From an uncultured Candidatus Saccharibacteria bacterium (lineage in GTDB: Bacteria > Patescibacteriota > Doudnabacteria > UBA920), in assembly GCA_964650255.1 (NCBI GenBank), contig CAZYQT010000004.1, positions 6,501-70,500 on the forward strand: a DNA stretch of 64,000 nt, in the 5' to 3' direction. The position numbers and the translations under genes are program-made. The stretch's first letter is position 1. Each line of letters starts with the position of its first letter. This document shows, in pieces, positions 29,083 to 37,888 of this stretch. Below the pieces are notes generated by a model. It saw only the letters and a program-made list of their open reading frames with translations, was not told the DNA's origin and did not search any database.

Positions 29083-30831
29083 TTATTTTCTACTATAAAA
29101 ATCCTGATTAAGCGCTTTATCATCTTTGCTTACTCTATATTCTTTATCATCAATTTCGCTTAGATTGACGTAAAGCTGGTTTTTATCCAAACACTCCATC
29201 AGAAACTTCTTTTTATTTTCCAAACTAAGTTGGATAAAATCCTTAATATTCGCATCAATTGTTTTTGGTTTTATTTTAAAACTTAAAAAGGCACTTTCTT
29301 TCATTGAATGCCAAAATTCTAAAAGTTCTTTATCATTTTTAGCTTTCTGTATTTTTTCTACCCACTCATCATTCCATTTTGCAAGTTCCATATAGATAAA
29401 ATCACCGCCACCATTCCATTGAACTAAGCTAGAAATTCCTTCTTGCTCTCCTTGAACCACAGAGTTCAGTCTATTTTTTAAAATTTCTATTTGCTCATCA
29501 ATTTGTTCGAGTGTTATATATTGCCTGCCCATTTTGTGCGACACTGCTGCAGTCGTACCGCTGCCAGAAAAAAAATCTAGCACAATATCACCCTCATCAG
29601 TCGCAGAATTAATAATTCTTCTTAGTAAACCCTCGGGTTTCTGTGTCCTGAAATCCAAAAACTCATTGGAACCACTAATCAGTGGTTTTGTTATGTCATG
29701 GTCCCAGACATCTCTAACATAAACTTCTGAAAAATATCTATTAAATAGCTTATCCTTGTACCTATCAGGGACTGCTTGGTTATTTTTTATACTATCTGAA
29801 ATTACTTTACGGTCTTTTTCAGAAAGTTGAGATAGATCTGGAGCGGTAACCTGAGTGTCTATAAAGGGTTTTTCATACTTTACTACTTCTTTTTCTGGAT
29901 TAAATTTATAATTTTCAGTTTTACTATAAATAAAAATATTGTCATGCTTCTTAGGCCACGCCCCTTTACCCACACCTTGAATACGGTATCCCCAAATAAC
30001 TTCATTAACAAAATTGTCTCTACCTAATACTTCATCACATAACACTTTAAAATAATGTGCCTCGTTGTAATCTAAATGAATATAGATAAGTCCTGTTGAA
30101 GACAACAACTCTCTAGCAATTTTTAAACGATCTTTTATAAATGTAAGCCAAGAAGAATGGTTAAATCTATCATTATATTTAAAGGAATCCTTTTCCGTAT
30201 TAAATGGTGGATCAATGTATATTAATTGAATTTTCCCACCGAATTCTTTTTTAAGCGAAGCAAGTGCGAGAAGATTATTACCTTTAATAATTAAATTGTC
30301 AGTGATTATACCTTTTTCATTGCGGTTAAAGCCAACTAATTTATTCTCCCCGTTTTTATCTATGCGTTTGAAATTAGTAAAGACCTTTGGATCAAACAAA
30401 CTATTAATATCATCAGAAGCTAATGTTTCATTATAAAAAATTTCATCGCGTTTTTGGTCTTCCTTAGTCATTCCGCCTTCTAGAACACAATCCTTGTATG
30501 GCCAAGCTAAAACTACTTCATTATTTTCGCTTAAATAATTGTTACCGCTAATAAGGCCGATTTTATTTTTAAAAGCAGTATAGGAATCTGGTAAAAATTG
30601 CTTATTCGACACAAAGCTAATAAACTTCTCTTTATCAAAAATTAGTGTTTTTTCTACTTCAAAAAAGAAATTCTGCTTTATGGCTTTATCGGAAAGTAAA
30701 AGTTTAATCAGGTCTGCATCGTTCTTGCGTGCCAATTCTTGTATTTGGTTTTTCAATAACACTCCGTCCTGAGAAACAAGACGCTCATCGCTTTTCAGTA
30801 AACCTGTAACTTGCTCAAAAATATTATTCAT
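29083..30831 (-). CDS. mod: type III R-M Mod subunit, N6-adenine/N4-cytosine DNA methyltransferase
   Basis: 582 aa. Catalytic IYIDPPFNT (DPPF/Y) motif and AdoMet motif FFSGSGTTAAV. 2-nt gap to res. Confidence 0.85.
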   Translation of the reverse strand: MNNIFEQVTGLLKSDERLVSQDGVLLKNQIQELARKNDADLIKLLLSDKAIKQNFFFEVEKTLIFDKEKFISFVSNKQFLPDSYTAFKNKIGLISGNNYLSENNEVVLAWPYKDCVLEGGMTKEDQKRDEIFYNETLASDDINSLFDPKVFTNFKRIDKNGENKLVGFNRNEKGIITDNLIIKGNNLLALASLKKEFGGKIQLIYIDPPFNTEKDSFKYNDRFNHSSWLTFIKDRLKIARELLSSTGLIYIHLDYNEAHYFKVLCDEVLGRDNFVNEVIWGYRIQGVGKGAWPKKHDNIFIYSKTENYKFNPEKEVVKYEKPFIDTQVTAPDLSQLSEKDRKVISDSIKNNQAVPDRYKDKLFNRYFSEVYVRDVWDHDITKPLISGSNEFLDFRTQKPEGLLRRIINSATDEGDIVLDFFSGSGTTAAVSHKMGRQYITLEQIDEQIEILKNRLNSVVQGEQEGISSLVQWNGGGDFIYMELAKWNDEWVEKIQKAKNDKELLEFWHSMKESAFLSFKIKPKTIDANIKDFIQLSLENKKKFLMECLDKNQLYVNLSEIDDKEYRVSKDDKALNQDFYSRK

Positions 30832-30936
30832 AATTTTACTCTAAATATACTTAATAATAACATTTCTTCATGTGTTGGTAAATCCTTCATAAACAAGCAA
30901 AAGCACCTATCCTATCAGTGATGCTATAATCAACCT

Positions 30937-31356
30937 ATGAACATCTACCTCGACATCGATGGAGTGCTCCTGACAGATTCCCTATCTGACCGTGGCAATC
31001 CTACCCCGCACTCCCTGGAGCTCCTCAATACGATTACTGACCACCACACAGTCTATTGGCTCACTACCCACTGCCATGGCGGGGAAAATCGCGCTCCCGA
31101 ACTTCTCTACCCAAAATTCCCTCCTGAAGCCAAAGCTTACATAGACAAAATCTTGCCTACAGATTGGGGTACTTGGAAAACTGATGCCATCGATTTTTCC
31201 GAAGACTTCCTCTGGCTCGACGATGACGTCTACGGAACAGAATACACAGCCCTAGCCAAACACAACTGTTCAGAAAAACTCATAAAAATTAATCTACAAG
31301 AGAATCCGGAGCAGTTGAAAGATATTATTCAAAAATTAACAGATAAAAATATATGA
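30937..31356 (+). CDS. HAD-superfamily phosphatase-like protein, compositionally atypical (GC-rich, C-ending codons)
   Basis: Motif I LDIDGVLL, motif II WLTT, motif IV LWLDDD. The first roughly 300 nt are visibly richer in G+C than the flanking genes. Confidence 0.45.
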   Translation: MNIYLDIDGVLLTDSLSDRGNPTPHSLELLNTITDHHTVYWLTTHCHGGENRAPELLYPKFPPEAKAYIDKILPTDWGTWKTDAIDFSEDFLWLDDDVYGTEYTALAKHNCSEKLIKINLQENPEQLKDIIQKLTDKNI

Positions 31357-31544
31357 AATGGTTAAAAGAGAATTGGTTTAAAATAGCTATTTTGCTCTCA
31401 GTGCTACTTATATTCTTTAGTTGGTTATATGTGGCAAAAATAAAACCATCGAATATTCGTAAATTTTGTTTTAATATAGCTAAGGAAAATCCCTACGGTT
31501 ACAACTATAAAGAATGTATTATTAGTTACGGGTTAACCCAATAA
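31353..31544 (+). CDS. small membrane protein (1 TM), hypothetical
   Basis: 63 aa. ATGA overlap with the HAD-like gene. Hydrophobic segment IAILLSVLLIFFSWLYV. Confidence 0.3.
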   Translation: MKWLKENWFKIAILLSVLLIFFSWLYVAKIKPSNIRKFCFNIAKENPYGYNYKECIISYGLTQ

Positions 31545-31762
31545 TATCATGTCCAATAAATAGAACACCACCATAGGTTTGAGCCTTGGAATGATCCTGC
31601 TTGGATTGCTTATTGCTGCTATAGCTGTAATTGTAGCTGTGGCGATAAAAAGCTTCGTGAATGGTTTAAAAAACCATACTGTCTCGAAAAAAATATTAAT
31701 GAGAAAAGTGTTGCTCAAATAGTCAAAGATTATCTATTAACACAACAATCCTGGTTATAGCA

Positions 31763-32305
31763 TTATTTCTCAATACCCAGGGCTATGTATAAACTGGAAT
31801 ACACTAAGCCTTCATAGAATTGGCATGACATGTACTCTGGGTCTTCTTTAGTTGCTTTTTGATACCAATCCCACGATGCCATTGGATCGGAAACTATTGG
31901 CATCGTCGTAACTTTATAGCCAAGCTGAATAATTTTCTCAATGATTGGTTTTAAAAGGTTGAGATTATCTCCAATTATTTCAATTACTATATTCTTCTTA
32001 TCTGCGATTGCCGTGCTTACCACATACTCACCTGCAAAGGATAAATAGGCTGACATTTTTGGATCTTCAGCATCGAATAGCTTATTCATCTCGAGAACTA
32101 TATCGCCACCATCAAAATGTACGTAACCTGTCGGGAACTCTTGACGACGAGCAGTAGTTTTTCCAGCGGCTGGACCACCGGACACAATTACAAACTGCGG
32201 ATGGTCTTCGGTCCTACCCCGTTCACAAAACTGTTCTACTAGTTCAAGAATTTTCAGCGTAGCATCGGTCTCAAATTGTACTATTTTTGGCTGTGATTCT
32301 GACAT
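31763..32305 (-). CDS. second zeta-toxin-like P-loop kinase (short form)
   Basis: Walker A SGGPAAGKTT. VHFDGGDIVLE matches the Asp-containing catalytic segment. IEIIGDNL matches the zeta-like third motif. 180 aa. Confidence 0.45.
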   Translation of the reverse strand: MSESQPKIVQFETDATLKILELVEQFCERGRTEDHPQFVIVSGGPAAGKTTARRQEFPTGYVHFDGGDIVLEMNKLFDAEDPKMSAYLSFAGEYVVSTAIADKKNIVIEIIGDNLNLLKPIIEKIIQLGYKVTTMPIVSDPMASWDWYQKATKEDPEYMSCQFYEGLVYSSLYIALGIEK

Positions 32306-32591
32306 ATATATTAATTATATCTTAATCCCGCTTATCTGTAACCTAAAACGAAAAATTGCTCCGCTTAGTACCCCACCCTAATAATAAAAAACTTTTTCAA
32401 AAAAGGGTCTCCCCCCTTCGGGTTGCAATTTTACTGAGCTACCGTCAGTAACGTCAGTTCTTTTCTAACTTGCTGCCATAATCATGGCAATAATGCCTCT
32501 CCAATGCTTGATTTCCTGAATAAGGGGGTTGTAATTCTCTTTCATGAAGACTACCAGCCGGCCCTTGGGCCGGTTTTGCTATAATACTAAT

Positions 32592-32867
32592 ATGACTATC
32601 CCCCAACTTTTTATAATCTTTATTGCAATACTAAATCTTGTTTCATTCATCCTGGTATATATTGATAAGCAAAAAAGCATTACTCACAGCGAACGATTGC
32701 CAGAAGTGGATTTCTTCGTTTGGGGAATCTTCTTTTCTTCATTTGGTGTACTAGCGGGGATGTTTGTATTTCATCATAAAACCCAAAAGCTAAACTTTGT
32801 TTTTGGTATTGGACTGTTATTACTCCAGCAAATTGCTTTGGCATACTTGATTATAAATCAGTTCTAA
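32592..32867 (+). CDS. DUF1294-family small membrane protein
   Basis: MTIPQLFIIFIAILNLVSFILVYIDKQKS...FHHKTQK matches the DUF1294 pattern. ORF-track start at 32544 would include an upstream hairpin (agccggccc..gggccggtttt) and a TATAAT, so the internal ATG is preferred. Confidence 0.45.
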   Translation: MTIPQLFIIFIAILNLVSFILVYIDKQKSITHSERLPEVDFFVWGIFFSSFGVLAGMFVFHHKTQKLNFVFGIGLLLLQQIALAYLIINQF

Positions 32868-32924
32868 ACGTATCCAATAAAAAAAAGCCCGCCCCAGCAT
32901 AGCTGAGGCGGGTAAAACGAAAAG

Positions 32925-32993
32925 TTATTCTTTTTTAGCATCGGCTGCTGCGCCGTTTGCTGGCTTGTTTTGAGTTCCTTGATTATCAGACAT
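32925..32993 (-). CDS. 22-aa peptide ORF with SD and strong terminator (MSDNQGTQNKPANGAAADAKKE)
   Basis: Manual translation. Purine-rich SD (aaaggg) 5-6 nt upstream. Followed by the cgcctcagctatgctggggcgggc hairpin plus T8 (minus strand, 32885-32915). Confidence 0.25.
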   Translation of the reverse strand: MSDNQGTQNKPANGAAADAKKE

Positions 32994-33177
32994 TTTTTCC
33001 CTTTCTCTGCTTTCACAGGGTTAATACATCCCTACCTAAAACCAGTATAGTCCTCCCATATGAGCGGTACATGAAAATAGCTATACCTTGCATATTGCTA
33101 GCTTATTTCAAGGCATTATTTTCCATTTGCAAACCAAAAAGGTGTATAATTAAAGCAGATCATTAACCCAACAAAAA

Positions 33178-33477
33178 ATGATATTAGTCCACGATATTTT
33201 TGTCTGCAAGCCAGGCAATGCTTCAAAATTAGCCAAACTGTTCAAAGAAATTATGACTAAGGATACCAATCCAGAGCTAGTCAACATTTTGACCGACATG
33301 ACTGGCCAATACAATCGCGTTATTATGGTATCCCAGTACGACAGCTTGGCCGCCTACGAGGAGGCTTTCAAAAAATACATGAACCCTACCCCTGAAATGC
33401 AGGAAGCCATGAAAAAAATGGATGGTTACACAGACCTATATTTATCTGGGAGCCGGGAAATATATAAAATTTGGTAA
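33178..33477 (+). CDS. small alpha/beta protein, hypothetical (possibly Dabb/NIPSNAP-like)
   Basis: 99 aa. Promoter-like TTGCAA...TGTATAAT upstream at about 33128-33160. Family assignment is weak. Confidence 0.35.
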   Translation: MILVHDIFVCKPGNASKLAKLFKEIMTKDTNPELVNILTDMTGQYNRVIMVSQYDSLAAYEEAFKKYMNPTPEMQEAMKKMDGYTDLYLSGSREIYKIW

Positions 33478-33491
33478 TTAATTAAACGATC

Positions 33492-33968
33492 ATGAAAAAG
33501 ATATCAATAGTATGGCTTGAGATAATCCAGCTAATCATTGGCTTCGAATGGTTAAAATCATCTTACGAGAAGTTGTTTGAGCCTGAGTTTATAGCGAACT
33601 ATCCTAAAACCATGGAAGTTTTCGCCACCAAAACTCAATACCATTGGTATGGTAATTTTCTGAGCGGTTTTGTCTTGGATCACAGTAATCTATTTGGCAA
33701 TTTAATTAGAATTGGCGAATTTGCAACCGGGCTGGGTTTGGTTATTGCTGCGATATTGATTATGTCGAACAAGGCCCTTCCCTTACTGGCAACTTGGGTA
33801 TTGGTGATTGTTTGTTTTGCTGGTGCGTTTATGAACCTAAACTTTTACCTGGCCTCCAGTTGGTCCGGCCCGGCCGCAGCAGGTATTAATTGCACAATGG
33901 GCTTAATTCAAGTTGCTCTAGGAATTTTCTACATCACTAACCGACACAATTTAAAATCTAACATATGA
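33492..33968 (+). CDS. DoxX-like membrane protein, hypothetical
   Basis: 158 aa, 4 predicted TM helices. Overlaps the downstream dehydrogenase start. Confidence 0.4.
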   Translation: MKKISIVWLEIIQLIIGFEWLKSSYEKLFEPEFIANYPKTMEVFATKTQYHWYGNFLSGFVLDHSNLFGNLIRIGEFATGLGLVIAAILIMSNKALPLLATWVLVIVCFAGAFMNLNFYLASSWSGPAAAGINCTMGLIQVALGIFYITNRHNLKSNI

Positions 33969-34978
33969 ACATTATTCACTTTGAGACGACCGATGAGGAT
34001 CGCCAACTACTATCTTCCCTTGGCGACAACGGACAACACCTGGAAGACAAGCTAACCGCAGATACTGTGTCTAAAGCTAAGGACGCAGAAATAGTTAGCA
34101 TCTTTGTTAATTCAGTGGTGGACCAAGCCGTTATCAATCAGTTACCTAACCTAAAATTGTTAATAACCAGGTCGGTTGGGTTTGACCATATCGATAGTGC
34201 CTATGCGCAATCAAAAGGAATTACTATCTGCAATGTGCCAGGATATGGCTCGTGTACTGTTGCAGAATTTGCTTTTGCTTTAATCCTCGGACTCTCGCGC
34301 AAAGTCTATCATGCGATTGAACAAGTAAAAGAAAAAAACGATTGGAGCATGTCGCAATTCAAAGGTTTCGATTTACAAGGAAAAACTTTGGGGCTTGTGG
34401 GTACAGGAAGAATTGGTTTAAACGTTGCGCAAATTGCCAATGGTTTTGGGATGTCAGTCATTGCCCACGATGCCTTCCCGCAAGCCGAAAAAGCCACTCA
34501 ATACAATTTTTCATATACTGCTTCTTTAGATGAATTACTCTCTAAATCCGATGTTGTCACCTTGCATGTTCCTGCAACCAAAGAGACTCATCATTTAATT
34601 AATCAAACCAACATCGATAAATTTAAACCTGGTGCCATTTTAGTCAATACTGCTCGTGGCGATGTAGTCGATGCCGAAGCCATTTTGCATGGGTTCAACA
34701 GCGGTATCTTGAGCGGAGTTGGGTTAGATGTACTTGAAGGCGAGCACGAACTTAAGGAAGAAGCTGAGCTCATGTCGAAAGATGACCACATGAGCTATGA
34801 AAAATTAAAAGTACTACTTGAAGACCACGTACTGATTAATCATCCTAAAGTAATTATTACCCCACATATCGCTTTTAATACCGAGGAGGCAAAAAAAGAG
34901 ATTATGACAATTACGCTAGACAATATTAAAAGCTTCGAACAAGGGCAACCTAAAAACGTAGTGCAAATTCAAAAATGA
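33965..34978 (+). CDS. D-isomer-specific 2-hydroxyacid dehydrogenase (glycerate/hydroxypyruvate/lactate dehydrogenase family)
   Basis: NAD-binding GLVGTGRIGLNVAQIANGFGM, catalytic-domain layout and conserved R/E/H region (TARGDVVD...HIAFNT). Confidence 0.8.
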   Translation: MNIIHFETTDEDRQLLSSLGDNGQHLEDKLTADTVSKAKDAEIVSIFVNSVVDQAVINQLPNLKLLITRSVGFDHIDSAYAQSKGITICNVPGYGSCTVAEFAFALILGLSRKVYHAIEQVKEKNDWSMSQFKGFDLQGKTLGLVGTGRIGLNVAQIANGFGMSVIAHDAFPQAEKATQYNFSYTASLDELLSKSDVVTLHVPATKETHHLINQTNIDKFKPGAILVNTARGDVVDAEAILHGFNSGILSGVGLDVLEGEHELKEEAELMSKDDHMSYEKLKVLLEDHVLINHPKVIITPHIAFNTEEAKKEIMTITLDNIKSFEQGQPKNVVQIQK

Positions 34979-36246
34979 GTAAAAATTGGGTTAAAAATAA
35001 GGAACAGCTGTCCACCTCTGAGGAACGGAAAATAGTACTCGACATTGTCGAAGCTGGGTTAGACGCAATCGATACCGAGAAGGTTATTCGCGCAAGCGTA
35101 ATCTTAAAGGACAACGAGCTCCGAATTAAGAACCAAACTTTCAGCCTAGAAAATGTTCAAAACATTTACATAGTTGGTTTTGGTAAGCCGTCTTGCTTAG
35201 CAGCATCGGTTTTAGATGAAATATTGGGAAACGAAATTAAAGGCGGTGTGGCGATTGGACTTGCCCCCATCGCCTGCGAGTATGTTCAAACATATGGTGG
35301 AACCCATCCCCACCCTTCAGTGCAAAACGTGGAGGTATCAGAAAAAATCTTAGAACTAAGCAAGAAGTTAACAGAGAAGGATTTAGTTATTGTCATTGTT
35401 TCAGGGGGCGGATCCGCTTTACTCTGCTGGCCCATGGCAGAGTGTGAGCAAGCCAATCGCCTATACAACGACTTTTTAACCACAGGCGGAGATATTAAAG
35501 AGCTCAATACTATTCGCAAACACATTTCCTTGCTAAAAGGTGGTGGACTTGCCAAGCAACTTTACCCAGCAACTGTAATTGGTCTAATTTTCTCTGATGT
35601 CCCGGGAAATAACTATGACTACATTGCCTCCGGGCCAACGTATAAAGACAGTACTACTGTTGCTGATGCGCAGGCAATTTTAGATAAATATAATCTTACC
35701 GGGTACACATTAAACGAAACTCCAACGGACGATAGATACTTTGAAAAGGTCACGAACATTCCATTGGTTTCTAACATGGAAGCAGAACAAGCTATGTCCG
35801 AAAAGGCAAAAGAGCTTGGCTTAAAATCAAAAATTTTATCGTACGAATTATACGACCCTCCAGAGCAAGTCGCTAAGAAATTAATTGCATCAGTAGATGC
35901 GGGCACGGTAGTTGTGGCTGGCGGCGAGCCTAAATCCATTGTCACAAAAAAAGACGGCAAAGGTGGCCGCTGTGAACGATTGGGAATAGAAATGTTGCCA
36001 TTGCTCACTGAACAAGATACTTTTGCTGCAGTGGCCTCAGACGGACTAGATAATGGCCCAGCCGCAGGAATAATTGAGGATTGGTCAACTGCGCAAAAAG
36101 TTACTGCGCAAAATATTGATATTTCTGACTTCAAAGACAGGTGGGACAGCCTGGGGTTTTACAAGGAAACAGGCAATGAGTTGCTAGAGACAGGCCCAAC
36201 CAATGAAAATGTTTCTGACTTAATGATTTTGTACCGGAAGGGTTAA
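34975..36246 (+). CDS. glycerate kinase, MOFRL family (glycerate 2-kinase/TtuD-like)
   Basis: 423 aa. N-terminal DUF4147-like region (IYIVGFGKPSCLAASVL) and IVIVSGGGSALL. 4-nt overlap with the upstream dehydrogenase. Confidence 0.7.
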   Translation: MSKNWVKNKEQLSTSEERKIVLDIVEAGLDAIDTEKVIRASVILKDNELRIKNQTFSLENVQNIYIVGFGKPSCLAASVLDEILGNEIKGGVAIGLAPIACEYVQTYGGTHPHPSVQNVEVSEKILELSKKLTEKDLVIVIVSGGGSALLCWPMAECEQANRLYNDFLTTGGDIKELNTIRKHISLLKGGGLAKQLYPATVIGLIFSDVPGNNYDYIASGPTYKDSTTVADAQAILDKYNLTGYTLNETPTDDRYFEKVTNIPLVSNMEAEQAMSEKAKELGLKSKILSYELYDPPEQVAKKLIASVDAGTVVVAGGEPKSIVTKKDGKGGRCERLGIEMLPLLTEQDTFAAVASDGLDNGPAAGIIEDWSTAQKVTAQNIDISDFKDRWDSLGFYKETGNELLETGPTNENVSDLMILYRKG

Positions 36247-36255
36247 AAATTTAAT

Positions 36256-37155
36256 TTAACTAATGCGGGTTTTTTCTTTGTGCCCAAGCTCGGGTGGGCA
36301 TAAAAACGCGTCACCTAGACGACTTTGGCACTCTTGGCAGGCGATCATCTTGCGATTACAATCATCAATAACACAGTTTGTATAACGTTCACTGGTTTTC
36401 CCGCAAACCCAGCACTTCCCTACTATCTCGTGCTTAGGATCATCAGTATAAAACCCGACTGCGATGCGGCTATCAAAAACGTAGAGCTTCCCAACAAAAT
36501 CTTCATTGGGATATTTACGCATGTATGAGACGATGCCACCATCAAGTTGATAGACATTTTTAAAGCCTTGTTGTAATAAATAGCCACTGGCTTTCTCACA
36601 GCGCACGCCACCAGTACAAACAGTAAGCACAGTCTTGTCTTTTAGGTGCTCAATATTTTTCAAAAAACGTGGGAGGTCGCGGAAGTTATCCATTGGCGGT
36701 AAAATCGAACCCTTAAAATGACCGACCAAATGCTCATAAGCATTGCGCATATCAATAATATAGAACTCTTTATCTTCGGTAATCCAGGTATGCAATTCTT
36801 CTGGCTTTAAGTGAATCCCTGTTAACTTGTTAGGATCAATATCACATTCTTTTGGCAAACCGAGCGAAACCAATTCGTTCCGAAGCTTTACCGAAGTTTT
36901 TGGAAAGGCGTGTCCGTTACCTGGATCGCGCTTTATATGCGTGCCGGCAAATCTAGGGTCGCTAAATAAGTCCTCGAGGTATAAATCGATATTCTCAGTC
37001 GTACCCTCCATAGTGGCATTAATCCCCTCGCTGGCAATAATCGTGCGCCCTTTAAGACCCAGGCGTTCTTGAAGCTCTTTTTGATGAAGCATCATTTTGC
37101 CAGGGTTATCTATATGGACGTATTTGTAAAATAGTATTATTTCGTAATTGCTCAT
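36256..37155 (-). CDS. trhO: rhodanese-domain UPF0176 protein (tRNA U34 hydroxylase TrhO-like)
   Basis: 299 aa. ILFYKY N-terminus, rhodanese active-site Cys loop CTGGVRCEKAS, C-terminal Cys cluster. Confidence 0.75.
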   Translation of the reverse strand: MSNYEIILFYKYVHIDNPGKMMLHQKELQERLGLKGRTIIASEGINATMEGTTENIDLYLEDLFSDPRFAGTHIKRDPGNGHAFPKTSVKLRNELVSLGLPKECDIDPNKLTGIHLKPEELHTWITEDKEFYIIDMRNAYEHLVGHFKGSILPPMDNFRDLPRFLKNIEHLKDKTVLTVCTGGVRCEKASGYLLQQGFKNVYQLDGGIVSYMRKYPNEDFVGKLYVFDSRIAVGFYTDDPKHEIVGKCWVCGKTSERYTNCVIDDCNRKMIACQECQSRLGDAFLCPPELGHKEKTRIS

Positions 37156-37273
37156 ATTCTTGAGTATTTCAAATCATATTGTACTGTTTTTTGTTGTCAA
37201 AGTCAATAAAAACCGCATCTTTAGAATGCGGCCAAAAGCTTGTTCAGCAATTGTGGGTTATTTTTTGCGTTGA

Positions 37274-37888
37274 TTAATTTCGGGCTGGTACCAGCACCTC
37301 ATCAACATAAAGCTGGCGGGGGTCAACCGGTTTCCAACCTGGTTGCGACTGGTCATCGTCGTCAATCTCGGCCAAGTAAAAATTAAAAATTTTACTAAAA
37401 TCTTTACTGTGGCCATGCCGATTATTTGCCCATTCTGCCCAGTCTTTCAGAGACATACTTGTTTCTGTTGCTGGGATAAAGTGAACATGAAAATTTTCAG
37501 CGTACTCTTGCATTACCAACGGCGGGAGCCGCAGGAAGTCTCGCAAGAACACTTCTGATAATTCCTTTTCCGCAAGCTCAAACATTGACTTAAGAGCGAG
37601 GAAAAAGTTCGCGTAATAATCGGATACGATGATCACGCAATGTTGGTTCTTAACGGCCTGTTCTAAGAACTTGAACATCACCACCCGGAACTGTCCAGGA
37701 TTGGCTTTGGTCTTGGCCTTATATTCCGACCAGGCTTTTTGGAACGGTGACTGGTTTGAAAAGTTCCTTCGCGAGCCATGACCCGCAAGAGTTTCTAGGC
37801 AAACCCTGATTAGCTGGACAAAATGCCAGCAGTGAGGTGTACTCCCAGGCTCAAGGCCTTTACGAAAGTTCGTCTTGATTACTGGCAT
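37274..37888 (-). CDS. hypothetical protein (possible HIT-like fold; weak)
   Basis: 204 aa. FHVHFIP resembles a degenerate HIT HxHxH/HxHxQ motif. Adjacent to galE. Confidence 0.35.
   Translation of the reverse strand: MPVIKTNFRKGLEPGSTPHCWHFVQLIRVCLETLAGHGSRRNFSNQSPFQKAWSEYKAKTKANPGQFRVVMFKFLEQAVKNQHCVIIVSDYYANFFLALKSMFELAEKELSEVFLRDFLRLPPLVMQEYAENFHVHFIPATETSMSLKDWAEWANNRHGHSKDFSKIFNFYLAEIDDDDQSQPGWKPVDPRQLYVDEVLVPARN

Noticed and set aside
31533-31718. 61-aa hydrophobic minus-strand ORF
   Set aside because: Overlaps the 3' end of the 31353-31544 plus-strand gene. No RBS. Probably chance ORF in AT-rich spacer.
32395-32435. Possible terminator hairpin gggtctcccccc..ttcggg
   Set aside because: Stem is short and imperfect and no T-run follows on either strand. 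Not reported as a feature.
32544-32591. Upstream extension of the DUF1294 ORF
   Set aside because: Would translate through a terminator-like hairpin (agccggccc..gggccggtttt) and a TATAAT box. Internal Met at 32592 gives a typical DUF1294 N-terminus.
32957-33166. 69-aa plus-strand ORF
   Set aside because: Overlaps the promoter region of the 33178 gene and the opposite-strand mini-ORF. No RBS.
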